From Methylorubrum extorquens (GTDB lineage: Bacteria > Pseudomonadota > Alphaproteobacteria > Rhizobiales > Beijerinckiaceae): a DNA stretch of 32,000 bases. Below the pieces are notes generated by a model. It was not told the DNA's origin and searched no databases. It saw only the letters and a list, made by a program, of their open reading frames with translations. Where the stretch lies: assembly GCA_900234795.1 (NCBI GenBank), contig LT962688.1, positions 4,200,001 to 4,232,000 of the forward strand. The letters run 5' to 3'. Both the position numbers and the translations under genes were made by a program. Within the stretch, counting starts at the first letter, position 1. The number at the start of each line of letters is the position of its first letter. This document shows positions 15,864 through 24,486 of the stretch, piece after piece.

Positions 15864-18611
15864 TCAGGCAGCGGCGCGGGCGTCGGCCGCCTGGGCGGCT
15901 TCGCCGATCTCGGCGAGCGCCGCGAGCAGGCCGCTGCGGTCGAACTTGGCGACGAGATCACTGATCGCGAGGCGCCGCGCCTGTTCGATGGCGTCGGGGG
16001 CGACCGTGCCGGTGAGCGCGATCACCGGCATCTCGGCCAGCCGCCCGCCGCTCTTGCGCATGGCGGCGACGAGGTCGAAGCCGCTGCGGCCGGGCATGTC
16101 GAGATCGCTGACCACGAGGTCGAGGCCGGCGCTTCCCTTGAGCAGACCGAGTGCCTCCTCGGCGGAGGACGCGGTCGTCACGCTGTAGCCCGCCGCCTTG
16201 AGGACGGGGGTGAGCATGTCGCGGAAGAAGGCCGAGTCGTCCACGAGCAGGAGCGAGGGCGCCTTGACCACCGTCTTGCGCGGGCCCCGCGCCCAGTCGT
16301 CGTAGGCGAGCGGCAGGAAGTGGGCGATGTTGATGATGTCGGTCGCCCGGCCCCGCAGCACCGCCGAGCCGATGAGGTCGGAGCGGTCGGCCGAGATCTC
16401 GATGTCGAGACGCTCCTCGACGATGTCGACGATCTCGTCCACGACGAGGCCCATCGCCCGGTCGCCGTCGGAGAACACGACCAGCGCCTGGTTGCCCTCC
16501 GAGCGGATCGGAACCGAGGGATCGGCCGGCACCAGCGGCATCAGGCGGCCGCGGTACTGGATCAGCGGACGCCCGCCGAGATGCTCGATCTTCGAGGCGT
16601 CGATCTCCTCGAGGCGGGTGACGAGCGAGAGCGGCACCGCCTTGAAGCCGCCGGCACCCCCCTTGAACACGAGGAGCGTCGCCTTGGCGTCGCCGGCCTC
16701 GACCTCGTCGGACTCCGTCTCCGTCGCGGCGCCGGACTGCGCGCTCTGGCCCACCAGCTTGGCGACGCCGTTGGGATCGACGATCAGCACCACGGCGCCG
16801 TCGCCGAGGATCGTGTTGCCGGCAAAGAGCGGGATGTGCCGCAGCTTCGACGACATCGGCTTCACGACGATTTCTTCCGTGTGGAAGACCTCGTCCACCA
16901 GCACGCCGAAGCGCTGCCGGCCGACCTGGGCCACCACCACGAAGCCGGACTCGACGACCTCGCCCTCCTCGACGGTCGCCTGCCCGCGCATCAGCCCGTT
17001 GAGGGTGACGATCGGCAGAAGCCGCTCGCGCAGGCGCAGCACCGGGGCGCCGTGGATGCGCTCGATCGAGTTCGCGCTGGTGTTGTCACCCTTGGGATCG
17101 ACCCGCACCAGTTCGAGAACCGCGATCTGCGGAACGGCGTAGCGCTGCGCGCCGGCCTTGACGATCAGCGCCGAGACGATGGCGAGCGTCAGCGGGATCT
17201 TGATGGTGAAGGTGGTGCCCTTGCCCAGTTCGGTGGCGATGTCGACCACGCCGCCGATGGTCTCGATATTGGTCTTGACCACGTCCATACCGACGCCGCG
17301 GCCGGAGACCGAGGTGATCGCCTTGGCGGTGGAGAAGCCGGCGTGGAAGATGAACTTCGCGACCTGCGCGTCGGTCATCCGCTCGATGTCGGCGGCGGGC
17401 GCGAAGTTGCGCTCGATCGCCTTCTTGCGGATCGCAGCGAGGTCGAGGCCCTTGCCGTCGTCGGCGATCTCAATCGTGATCGTGCCGCCCTCATGGTAGG
17501 CGGAGAGGCGGATCGAGCCGCGGGCGGGCTTGCCGGCCTTGATGCGCTCGTTGGTGGACTCGATGCCGTGATCGGCCGAGTTGCGCACCATGTGGGTGAG
17601 CGGGTCCTTGATGACGTCGAGCACCTGGCGGTCGAGTTCGGTCTCGGCGCCCGACATCACGAGGTCGATGCCCTTGCCGAGTTCGGCCGAGAGGTCGCGC
17701 ACGACGCGGGGAAGCTTCTGCCACGCATTGCCGATCGGCTGCATGCGCGTCTTCATCACGCCTTCCTGCAGCTCGGCCGTGACGTGGCTGAGGCGCTGGA
17801 GCGGAACCTTGTAGCCGGAATCCTCGTGGCGGCGGGCGATCTCGAGGAGCTGGTTGCGGGTCAGCACCAGTTCCGAGACCATCGTCATCAGGTGTTCGAT
17901 GGTGTCGACGTTCACGCGGATCGTCTGCACCTTGGCAGCCACGGCGCTCTCACCGCCCTCGGCGGCGGGAGACGCAGCGGCCGGGGCCGCAGGGCGCTCC
18001 GGAGCCTGGACGGGGGCGGCGGGCTCGGGCGCGCTGTCGAACGCGGGCTCGCCGGCGTCGAAGACGTGGGCCGGGGCATCCATGGCGGGCGCGACCGCAA
18101 AATCGTCGGGGCCGGGGGCTTCCATGAAAGCCCGTTCGAGATCGTCCAGCGAGACTTCGCCGGGCTTAAGCTCGCGCTCGACGATCGGCGGCAGCTCGGG
18201 AAGCGGCGGCGGGGGCGGGGCTGCTGCGGCGGGCGATTCGTCGGAGGCCATCTTCTCCAAGGCCCCGATCAGGTCGTCGTCGGTGCCGGCCGGCTCGGAG
18301 CCGGTGGCTTCCAGGTCGCCGAGGATCGCCTTGAGCCGGTCGAGGGTGGCCAGGATCAGCGTGACCGAGGCGCCGCTGACGGGATAGCCGTCGCGGAAGC
18401 GTCCCATCAGGGTCTCGGCGGCATGCGCCAGCGCTTCGAGGCGCGGCAGGCCGAGAAACCCGCACGTCCCCTTGATGGTGTGGACGAGCCGGAAGATGTT
18501 GCGCAAGATCTGCTGGTTATTGGGGTCCTGTTCGAAACGGACCAGCTCCGCATCGACGGTGTCCAGATGCTCGGCGCTCTCGACCAGAAACTCGCGAAGC
18601 AGATCGTCCAT
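15864..18611 (-). CDS. cheA: Hybrid chemotaxis histidine kinase CheA with a C-terminal receiver domain
   Basis: 915 aa from MDDLLREFL. Contains HPt (HTIKGTCGFLGL), a Pro/Ala-rich linker, the HATPase N and G boxes (HMVRNSADHGIE, DDGKGLD, GRGVGMD), a CheW-like P5 domain, then REC (LLLVDDSAFFRD ... SDLDMPGRSG ... KF). The track ORF extends to a TTG at 18728. Confidence 0.95.
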   Translation of the reverse strand: MDDLLREFLVESAEHLDTVDAELVRFEQDPNNQQILRNIFRLVHTIKGTCGFLGLPRLEALAHAAETLMGRFRDGYPVSGASVTLILATLDRLKAILGDLEATGSEPAGTDDDLIGALEKMASDESPAAAAPPPPPLPELPPIVERELKPGEVSLDDLERAFMEAPGPDDFAVAPAMDAPAHVFDAGEPAFDSAPEPAAPVQAPERPAAPAAASPAAEGGESAVAAKVQTIRVNVDTIEHLMTMVSELVLTRNQLLEIARRHEDSGYKVPLQRLSHVTAELQEGVMKTRMQPIGNAWQKLPRVVRDLSAELGKGIDLVMSGAETELDRQVLDVIKDPLTHMVRNSADHGIESTNERIKAGKPARGSIRLSAYHEGGTITIEIADDGKGLDLAAIRKKAIERNFAPAADIERMTDAQVAKFIFHAGFSTAKAITSVSGRGVGMDVVKTNIETIGGVVDIATELGKGTTFTIKIPLTLAIVSALIVKAGAQRYAVPQIAVLELVRVDPKGDNTSANSIERIHGAPVLRLRERLLPIVTLNGLMRGQATVEEGEVVESGFVVVAQVGRQRFGVLVDEVFHTEEIVVKPMSSKLRHIPLFAGNTILGDGAVVLIVDPNGVAKLVGQSAQSGAATETESDEVEAGDAKATLLVFKGGAGGFKAVPLSLVTRLEEIDASKIEHLGGRPLIQYRGRLMPLVPADPSVPIRSEGNQALVVFSDGDRAMGLVVDEIVDIVEERLDIEISADRSDLIGSAVLRGRATDIINIAHFLPLAYDDWARGPRKTVVKAPSLLLVDDSAFFRDMLTPVLKAAGYSVTTASSAEEALGLLKGSAGLDLVVSDLDMPGRSGFDLVAAMRKSGGRLAEMPVIALTGTVAPDAIEQARRLAISDLVAKFDRSGLLAALAEIGEAAQAADARAAA

Positions 18612-18788
18612 GGGGGGTACTCGTCTACGCGCACAAAGGGACGTGCGACGAGCACTCTCACCTGGGAAAGTTATTGAAGCGTTGAGGGCGGGGCCGACTT
18701 CACAATTGTTTTGAGAAGACGGCCGCAAGAATTTGCGCGAACCGGCCCCGGCCTGCTTTCCCGCGGGATAGTTGCGGCGTCGGCCGCG

Positions 18789-19529
18789 TCAGGCGAGCTG
18801 CGTATCCGGCGGGGCGCTGTCGGAGGGGCGCTCGTCCTCGATGCTGGGGGCGGGCGCGCCGGGCAGCCCGACCGCGGCCTCGGTCGGCGTGGCAGTGACC
18901 GTCACCTCGTCGCCCTCGATGGTGAAGCGCACGTCCATCGCCGCCGCGCGGGCGACGAGGCCGGCATAGAACGGCAGGATGCCGTGGGCATCGACAGTGC
19001 CGCCCTCGGGCGTGCCGGCGATCAGCCCCTCGACATGGGGCGGGATGCGGGCATGGCTGCCCTTGGCGCGCAGGACGAAGCGCGGGGCGTCGCCGCCGCC
19101 AGTCACCGCCACGTCGATCAGGCCGCCGCGCGGGATCGCGCTCGACGCGATCACCACGAGGTTGAGCAGCAGCTTGACCTTGTTCTTCGGAAACAGCGCC
19201 TGCGGCGCGCTCCAGGCGATCTGCGTCTTTTCGTCGGCGAACATGGCCTTCGAGACCTTCTCGGCATCGGCCAGATCGATCGAGGCGCCGGCCGAGCCCG
19301 CCGCGCCGAAGGCGATACGGGCGAACTGGATTCGGGCCGAGGCGGTGCGCGCGCTCTTGCGGATCAGCTCGAGGGCGAATTCGCGCATCGAGGGGTCGTC
19401 GTCATCCTCCAGCACTTCGAGACCGTTCACGATCGCGCCGATCGGGCTGATCACGTCGTGGCACACGCGCGAGCACAGCAGCGCCGAGAGATCGAGGGCG
19501 TCGAGGGTGAGGCTGCTGGTACCGCTCAT
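18789..19529 (-). CDS. chpT: ChpT-type histidine phosphotransferase (DUF2328 family)
   Basis: 246 aa. LSALLCSRVCHDVISPIGAIVNGLEVLED and QFARIAFGAAGSAG closely match the Caulobacter ChpT signature (LCHDFISP...GLDLLED, QFTRVAFGA). The C-terminal half resembles a degenerate HATPase-like fold. Confidence 0.8.
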   Translation of the reverse strand: MSGTSSLTLDALDLSALLCSRVCHDVISPIGAIVNGLEVLEDDDDPSMREFALELIRKSARTASARIQFARIAFGAAGSAGASIDLADAEKVSKAMFADEKTQIAWSAPQALFPKNKVKLLLNLVVIASSAIPRGGLIDVAVTGGGDAPRFVLRAKGSHARIPPHVEGLIAGTPEGGTVDAHGILPFYAGLVARAAAMDVRFTIEGDEVTVTATPTEAAVGLPGAPAPSIEDERPSDSAPPDTQLA

Positions 19530-19890
19530 GGCGCGCTCCGTTCCCGGTTGTCGAAACCGGCTGTCGTGAAGTGGTGTCGTCGATCGCGGAGGTGGCCTGC
19601 CGCTCGGATGCGGCGGACACCGGATAGGGCCAAGCGAATAGTCACCGGCGGCCGCTTTGGAAAGCCGGCGACATCAATCCGTCCGGCTCGCCGGTCCCGC
19701 GCGACGGCGCCACGGCAGATCGTCGATCCCCCTTGCGGCGTTCATGGCTTGGTGAAGGCCGCCGCGACGGCACAGATGTCCCCAATTCGCCGCAACCGGC
19801 GCTCATGGGGACCGGATCACGCGGGCTTGCGCACCGGATTTGCTCAGACTTCGGATCGACAAGCCCGGTTCCGTCATTGAAGACATTACG

Positions 19891-20815
19891 ATGACCGCCC
19901 CCGCTCCCATTCTGGCCGATCCGCCGGCGTCCCTGACGGCTCCCGTTCCGGGCGCGATGCGGGACGCCATCGCGGAGCAGCTGGCCGGAATCGCCTGCGA
20001 GGCCGGGCGCATTCTGCGGGGGTATCACGGCAGCGACTGCCCGCACGTCATCAAGCCCGACGGCTCGCCGGCCAGCCTCGCCGACACCCGCTCCGAGGAG
20101 CTGATCGTCGCGGCCCTGGGACGAGCTTTCCCCCGGCATCCCGGTGATCGCCGAGGAGACCTCCTGCACCGCGCAGCCCGCACCCTTGTTCTTCCTCGTC
20201 GATCCGCTCGACGGCACCCGCGACTTCCTCGCCGGCAGCGAACAGTACTGCGTCAATATCGGCCTCATTCAGGGAGACCGCCCGATCGCCGCCGCTTTGG
20301 CGGCGCCGGGGCTCGGCCGGGTCTGGGCGGCGGGCACCACCGCCCGCGAGGCGCCGATCCGCGAGGGGCGGCCGGGCGCGTTCCGGCCGGTGAGCGTTCG
20401 CGCGGCCCCCGCCGACGGTCTCGTCGCCCTCGTCAGCCGCCTGCACGGTGACAGCGACACCGATGCCTGCCTGGACCGGCTGCCGATCGCCGAGCGGCGG
20501 GTCACGTCCTCGGCGCTCAAGTTCTGCCTGATCGCGGCGGGCGAGGCGGATCTCTACGTGCGCTGCGTCCCCACCATGGAGTGGGACACGGCGGCCGGCG
20601 ACCACGTGCTGACCATGGCCGGCGGGCGCGTCGTCGGGCCCGACGGCGCCACGATCACCTACGGCCATCATGCCCGCTTCTACCGCAACGGCCCCTTCGC
20701 GGCGCTGGCCTCGGCGGCCTATCGCGACGCCCTCACCCTGCCGCAGCAGAGCGCCGTGTCCTATTTCGACCGCCGCCGCGCGGGGGCGGCGGTTGAGGCC
20801 GCCGGGCAGGACTAG
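19891..20815 (+). pseudogene. cysQ: 3'(2'),5'-bisphosphate nucleotidase CysQ (inositol monophosphatase family), disrupted by a 1-nt frameshift
   Basis: The N-terminal part is in frame A (...ADTRSEELIVAALGRAFP). The remainder is in frame B (GIPVIAEE...LVDPLDGTRDF...WDTAAG). The two join at a C5 run, 20130-20134, and removing one C restores a continuous CysQ-like protein. The start could also be the ATG at 19957. Confidence 0.8.
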
Positions 20816-21034
20816 CGATCGAACGCCGTGCCTGCAGGAATCGTGGTCAGAGTGGCTCGGCCCGACGAGACGGCCCACTCCGAAAGAGCAGACCGCCTCG
20901 TCCAGGCTTGCCTTCAGCACCCTGCCCCCTCAGACGCGCCTCATGAGGCGTCCGATCTTAGCCCGCCGGGCGGACCTTGTGCTCGGCAGACGAGACCGAT
21001 GGGGACGGCCGCCGAGGACCTCACCCAGTCAGTT

Positions 21035-21721
21035 TTAAGCCGCGGTGCAGCCGATCAGGGCGGACGCCGCGAGCGACTGGCCGTCGCGGGAGACCACGGA
21101 TTCGAACTCGCCGGTGTTCGGGTTGCGGATGCGCAGCTCACCCGTCTCGATGCCGAAATGCGCGCCGTGCAGGTGCAGCTTGCCCGCCTCGACCGCCTCG
21201 CGGATGAAGTCGAAGGTCATCAGGTTTTCGAGGCTCTGCCCGATCATCGTGTATTCGAGGCGGGTGAGGTAGCCCTCCTTGTCCTTGCTGTCGCCGGCCT
21301 CGGCGAGCTTCTTCGTCGCCGGCTGGACCAGCGAGACCCAGCTGCCGATGAAGTTGCCCGAGGAGAGCGGCTCGGCACCGAAACCGGCCGCCTTGATGCC
21401 GCCGCAGGTGGCGTGGCCGAGCACGACGATGTGCTTCACCTTCAAGGCCTGCACCGCGAACTCGATCGCCGAAGAGGTGCCGTGATAGGCGCCGTCGGGC
21501 TGGGAGGGCGGCACGATGTTGGCCACGTTGCGGATCGTGAAGATCTGGCCCGGGCCCGTATTGAAGATCACCTCGGGGGCGACGCGGCTGTCGCAGCAGC
21601 CGATCAGCAGGACTTCAGGCTCCTGGCCTTCCTTGCCGAGCATCTCGTATTTGCGCCGCTCGTTCGGCAGCCGCTCGCCGAGGAAGCTGCGGTAACCGTC
21701 GGTCAGAACCTGAGGAAACAT
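21035..21721 (-). CDS. Beta-class carbonic anhydrase
   Basis: 228 aa from MFPQVLTDGY. Zinc ligand motifs CCDSR and GHATCGG. AAAGGA SD. The track ORF (to 21961) is a read-through. Confidence 0.9.
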   Translation of the reverse strand: MFPQVLTDGYRSFLGERLPNERRKYEMLGKEGQEPEVLLIGCCDSRVAPEVIFNTGPGQIFTIRNVANIVPPSQPDGAYHGTSSAIEFAVQALKVKHIVVLGHATCGGIKAAGFGAEPLSSGNFIGSWVSLVQPATKKLAEAGDSKDKEGYLTRLEYTMIGQSLENLMTFDFIREAVEAGKLHLHGAHFGIETGELRIRNPNTGEFESVVSRDGQSLAASALIGCTAA

Positions 21722-21945
21722 GGGCGGTTGTCCTTTCATCGTTGCTGAATTGATGACGCGCATACCAAACGGTCTGACCCGCCGAATCCATCCCCTCCGG
21801 CGGATGCGCTTGCGCACATGGCGTGTGGCCGATGGCGCCGGCGAAGGCCGGGGCGTCGATCCCCGATGCCGGCCGGACAAGCGCGCGGCCTCCGCGCGTC
21901 GGCACGCTCGCCGCACGGGGCGGTTGGCATGCCGTGAGAGGAAGC

Positions 21946-22470
21946 TCAAGCGTCCCGCCAAGTCAGGCGGACGGGCTGGTCCGGAACGTCGCCAGCGGCG
22001 ATTCGTTGCGCCAGCTTGGCCAGTCCGGCGGGCTCCACACGCTCGGCCGAAGCGGCGAGTTCATCGAGCGGCCACCAGCGGGTGCCGCGGACGGGATTGT
22101 CCTCGGTCTCGGCCAGTCGGCTGGTATCGACGCGGTCGCTCGCGAGCCGGACCACGAAGTAGCGCTCGCGGGCATGACGCGGCTTGCGGAACAGGTGGAA
22201 CGGCCCGTCGCAGACGGCGACGCAGGGTTCAAGCTCCACCTCAGCGACGCCGATCTCCTCCGAGAGTTCGCGCCGGCAGGCCTCCTCGTGGCTCTCGCCC
22301 GGCTCCAGCCCGCCGCCGGGCATGAACCAGAAGCCGCGGGCATCGGGATCGGCGGGATCGATCGGGCGCACCGCCTCGTACTCGATCAGGAGAAGGCGGT
22401 TCGAAGGATCGAAGACCAGGGCGCGGGCGATGTCGCGCGTCGGCAGATCCGTGTCGGGGTGATCGGTCAC
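21946..22470 (-). CDS. NUDIX hydrolase
   Basis: Nudix box GGGLEPGESHEEACRRELSEEIGV. GTG start at 22470 with a GAGGAG SD 9 nt upstream, 5 nt after the DUF429 stop, so the two form an operon. Confidence 0.85.
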   Translation of the reverse strand: MTDHPDTDLPTRDIARALVFDPSNRLLLIEYEAVRPIDPADPDARGFWFMPGGGLEPGESHEEACRRELSEEIGVAEVELEPCVAVCDGPFHLFRKPRHARERYFVVRLASDRVDTSRLAETEDNPVRGTRWWPLDELAASAERVEPAGLAKLAQRIAAGDVPDQPVRLTWRDA

Positions 22471-22475
22471 GGGGC

Positions 22476-23258
22476 TCAACTCCTCATGGCAAGGGGCACC
22501 GATTGCGGCGCAGGAAGGGGCGCGGGAAGGGGTGCAGGCGCCCAGATCACGATCGGCAGGCCATAGCTGTCGCGCTCGATCGCGTTGGGAAGCGGCTCGG
22601 CGCGGCCCTCGGCGATGTCGCGGGCGACGACGAGGGCGGCCATGGCGTCGAGATGGTCGTCGGCAGCGACACCCGGAGGCGGCGACGAACCGACCATCGC
22701 CGCGGGCAGTCCGGCGGCGCTCAGGAGGGCCCGGCGCGCGGCAAGACCCTCGGCACGGGCCGGACCCTTCTTGCCGGCTAAGAGACGCCGCTCGCCATTG
22801 AGGCGGAAGAAGGCGACCTCCGGATGCACCTCGTGTAGGCGCGTCACGAGATCGGACCGCGCGCGCAGGAGTTCGTCGGCTTCCCGCACGTAGCGCAGGA
22901 TGTTCCAGCACTGGATCGAGGGCGCGAAAGGCGGCTCCGAATGCGCCCGCGACAGGGCCTTCGCCTCGTCGTAGCTCCCGGCATAGACCGCCGCCCGGGG
23001 CGGCACCGGAAAGACGCTGGAACGCCCCGCTCCGAGAAACGCCCGCGCCGCCCGGTCGGCCGAGCGTCCCCCGCTCACCCGGTCGGGCAGGCCGATCGGC
23101 ACGTCGATGCCGACGCAGACCGGAGCCTCCGGCCCGTCGAGCAGGTCGATCACCCGCGGGAAGCGGGCGCAGCGCCAGCGCGCCGGATCGTCGAGATCGA
23201 TCAGGGCGCCCGCCCAGGCCCCTCGGCACCCATCCAGCCCCGCCACCCAGCGTGCCAT
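22476..23258 (-). CDS. DUF429 domain protein (predicted RNase H-fold nuclease)
   Basis: 260 aa from MARWVAGLDGCRGAW. Contains the GIDVPIGLP motif typical of DUF429. Family call is from memory. Confidence 0.65.
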   Translation of the reverse strand: MARWVAGLDGCRGAWAGALIDLDDPARWRCARFPRVIDLLDGPEAPVCVGIDVPIGLPDRVSGGRSADRAARAFLGAGRSSVFPVPPRAAVYAGSYDEAKALSRAHSEPPFAPSIQCWNILRYVREADELLRARSDLVTRLHEVHPEVAFFRLNGERRLLAGKKGPARAEGLAARRALLSAAGLPAAMVGSSPPPGVAADDHLDAMAALVVARDIAEGRAEPLPNAIERDSYGLPIVIWAPAPLPAPLPAPQSVPLAMRS

Positions 23259-23354
23259 CCGCTCACCCCGATTGCTCCCGGCCCCCGATTGCCCCATGCC
23301 GCCGCTTCGGAGAAAGCTTTTCCGCAGTCTCACCCGGACGTCGAGAAGTCCCCT

Positions 23355-23861
23355 TTGTCACAATCCCCTTCGAAGGTCGGCCTTCACATCCTCGATCCGC
23401 GGCTTGCCGGATGGGGCTTTCCCTGCTGGGGCAGCATCGCGGCCGCGGGGCTCGATCTGCATGCCTGCCTCGACGCCCCCCTGGTGCTGGAGCCGCAGGC
23501 GCCGCCCGCGCTGATCCCGGCCGGCTTCTCGCTGCGGATCGGCGAATCCGACTGGTGCGGATTGGTCTTCGCCCGCTCCGGCCTCGGGCACCGGGAGGGC
23601 TTGGTGCTCGGCAACGGCACCGGGGTGATCGATGCCGATTACGAGGGCCCGCTCCTGATCTCCGCCTGGAACCGCAACCCGCCCGGCAGCGGTGCGGCGA
23701 TCCGCATCGAGCCGGGGGAGCGCATCGCGCAGCTCGTCTTCACCCGCGTCCTGCGGCCGGATTTCGAGATCCGCGACGGCGCGCCGGAGCCGAACGGACC
23801 AGGGGGAAGGGAGCAAGGGAGCAGGGGACAGGGCGGCTTCGGCTCGACCGGCCGGCGCTGA
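23355..23861 (+). CDS. dut: dUTP diphosphatase
   Basis: dUTPase motifs AAGLDL, RSGLG, GVIDADYEG, GERIAQL and GGFGSTG. There is no in-frame ATG; the likely start is the TTG at 23355, with GAGAAG 6 nt upstream. Confidence 0.85.
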   Translation: MSQSPSKVGLHILDPRLAGWGFPCWGSIAAAGLDLHACLDAPLVLEPQAPPALIPAGFSLRIGESDWCGLVFARSGLGHREGLVLGNGTGVIDADYEGPLLISAWNRNPPGSGAAIRIEPGERIAQLVFTRVLRPDFEIRDGAPEPNGPGGREQGSRGQGGFGSTGRR

Positions 23862-23917
23862 AAGCCGGCCCCATCACCGGAACCCACCCTGCCGACGATC
23901 TTCGGCGAACTTCAGTA

Positions 23918-23982
23918 CAAGCTTGGCCATTCGAAGCACTTCCTATCATCCGGACAAGCTTGCCATCGGCCTAGCAAGCTTG
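23918..23982. promoter_or_regulatory. Cluster of three CAAGCTTG palindromes (candidate operator array)
   Basis: Sites at 23918-23925, 23955-23962 and 23975-23982. Sites 2 and 3 are mutually inverted 10-mers, ACAAGCTTGC and GCAAGCTTGT, 20 bp apart. Located upstream of the small ORF at 24064. Confidence 0.45.
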
Positions 23983-24063
23983 TTCGAGGGAAACGGCGCC
24001 GGAACGATTGAACTCTTTTGTCAGTATGCCGTTGGATCTCCGCATCCACCTGCGAGACAAACC

Positions 24064-24264
24064 ATGGCCGCCCCCCACGACATCCTCGGTTTCTTCGAGC
24101 ACCGCACCGACGGCGCCTGGATCTGTGTGAAACCGTTCACGCTCAACACCCGATCGACCCAGGTCGATATTCGACGCGGGATGCGGTTCGAGTACGGTCG
24201 GCGCGTCGGTGGTCTCGACTTGGCCGAGTATCTCGAACAGCTCGGCTCGCAATTCGGCTCCTGA
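24064..24264 (+). CDS. Hypothetical small protein (66 aa)
   Basis: ATG-initiated ORF with mostly GC-rich third codon positions, inside an otherwise lower-GC intergenic pocket. Weak SD, and no family recognised. Confidence 0.4.
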   Translation: MAAPHDILGFFEHRTDGAWICVKPFTLNTRSTQVDIRRGMRFEYGRRVGGLDLAEYLEQLGSQFGS

Positions 24265-24486
24265 CGGTTCGCTTCAGGACCTGACCGTGTTCCGCCGGCT
24301 CCCGGCCCTGCGTTAGAATTGGCACGGGCCGGCATCCTGCGAGCGGCCGGTCCATATTTTCAGCGTTCTTTCATCGGCTAAGTGCTTGTGTGTGGAACGG
24401 CTTGCACAACTTCCGCTTTGAGGACCGGATCACCGGACTCGCACGTTTTCCAAGCAGCCGGAGTCGAAGCTTAGGTACTGACAACG

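Noticed and set aside
13757-18677. Long plus-strand ORFs 13757..15787 (676 aa) and 16320..18677 (785 aa) across the che operon
   Set aside because: They are antisense to cheB, cheY, cheW and cheA, all of which have clear domain signatures. The translations are Arg/Gly/Asp-rich with no motifs.
19530-19890. The 361-nt chpT-cysQ intergenic region as a possible sRNA, riboswitch or small gene
   Set aside because: I found only weak 5-6-bp stems, no terminator-like structure, no convincing ORF with an SD, and no motif I recognise. It is most simply explained as divergent promoter and 5'-UTR space.
21982-22006. Second exact GGAAC-N16-CGTT (EcfG-type) match
   Set aside because: It lies inside the NUDIX coding region on the antisense strand, with no downstream plus-strand gene for more than 1.3 kb. 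About 0.3 such matches per window are expected by chance.
22511-22540. Short tandem aggaaggggcgc / gggaaggggtgc repeat
   Set aside because: It lies inside the DUF429 coding region, where it encodes the APLPAPLPAP tail. It is only two imperfect copies and does not stand as an independent feature.
24320-24335. Sigma-54-like TGGCACgggccGGCAT upstream of tetR
   Set aside because: The spacing between the GG and GC elements is one nucleotide too short, and RpoN promoters do not tolerate that.
24405-24432. GGAAC-N16-GCTT upstream of tetR as an EcfG promoter
   Set aside because: The -10 element is GCTT or CTTT rather than CGTT, so only half of the consensus is matched.
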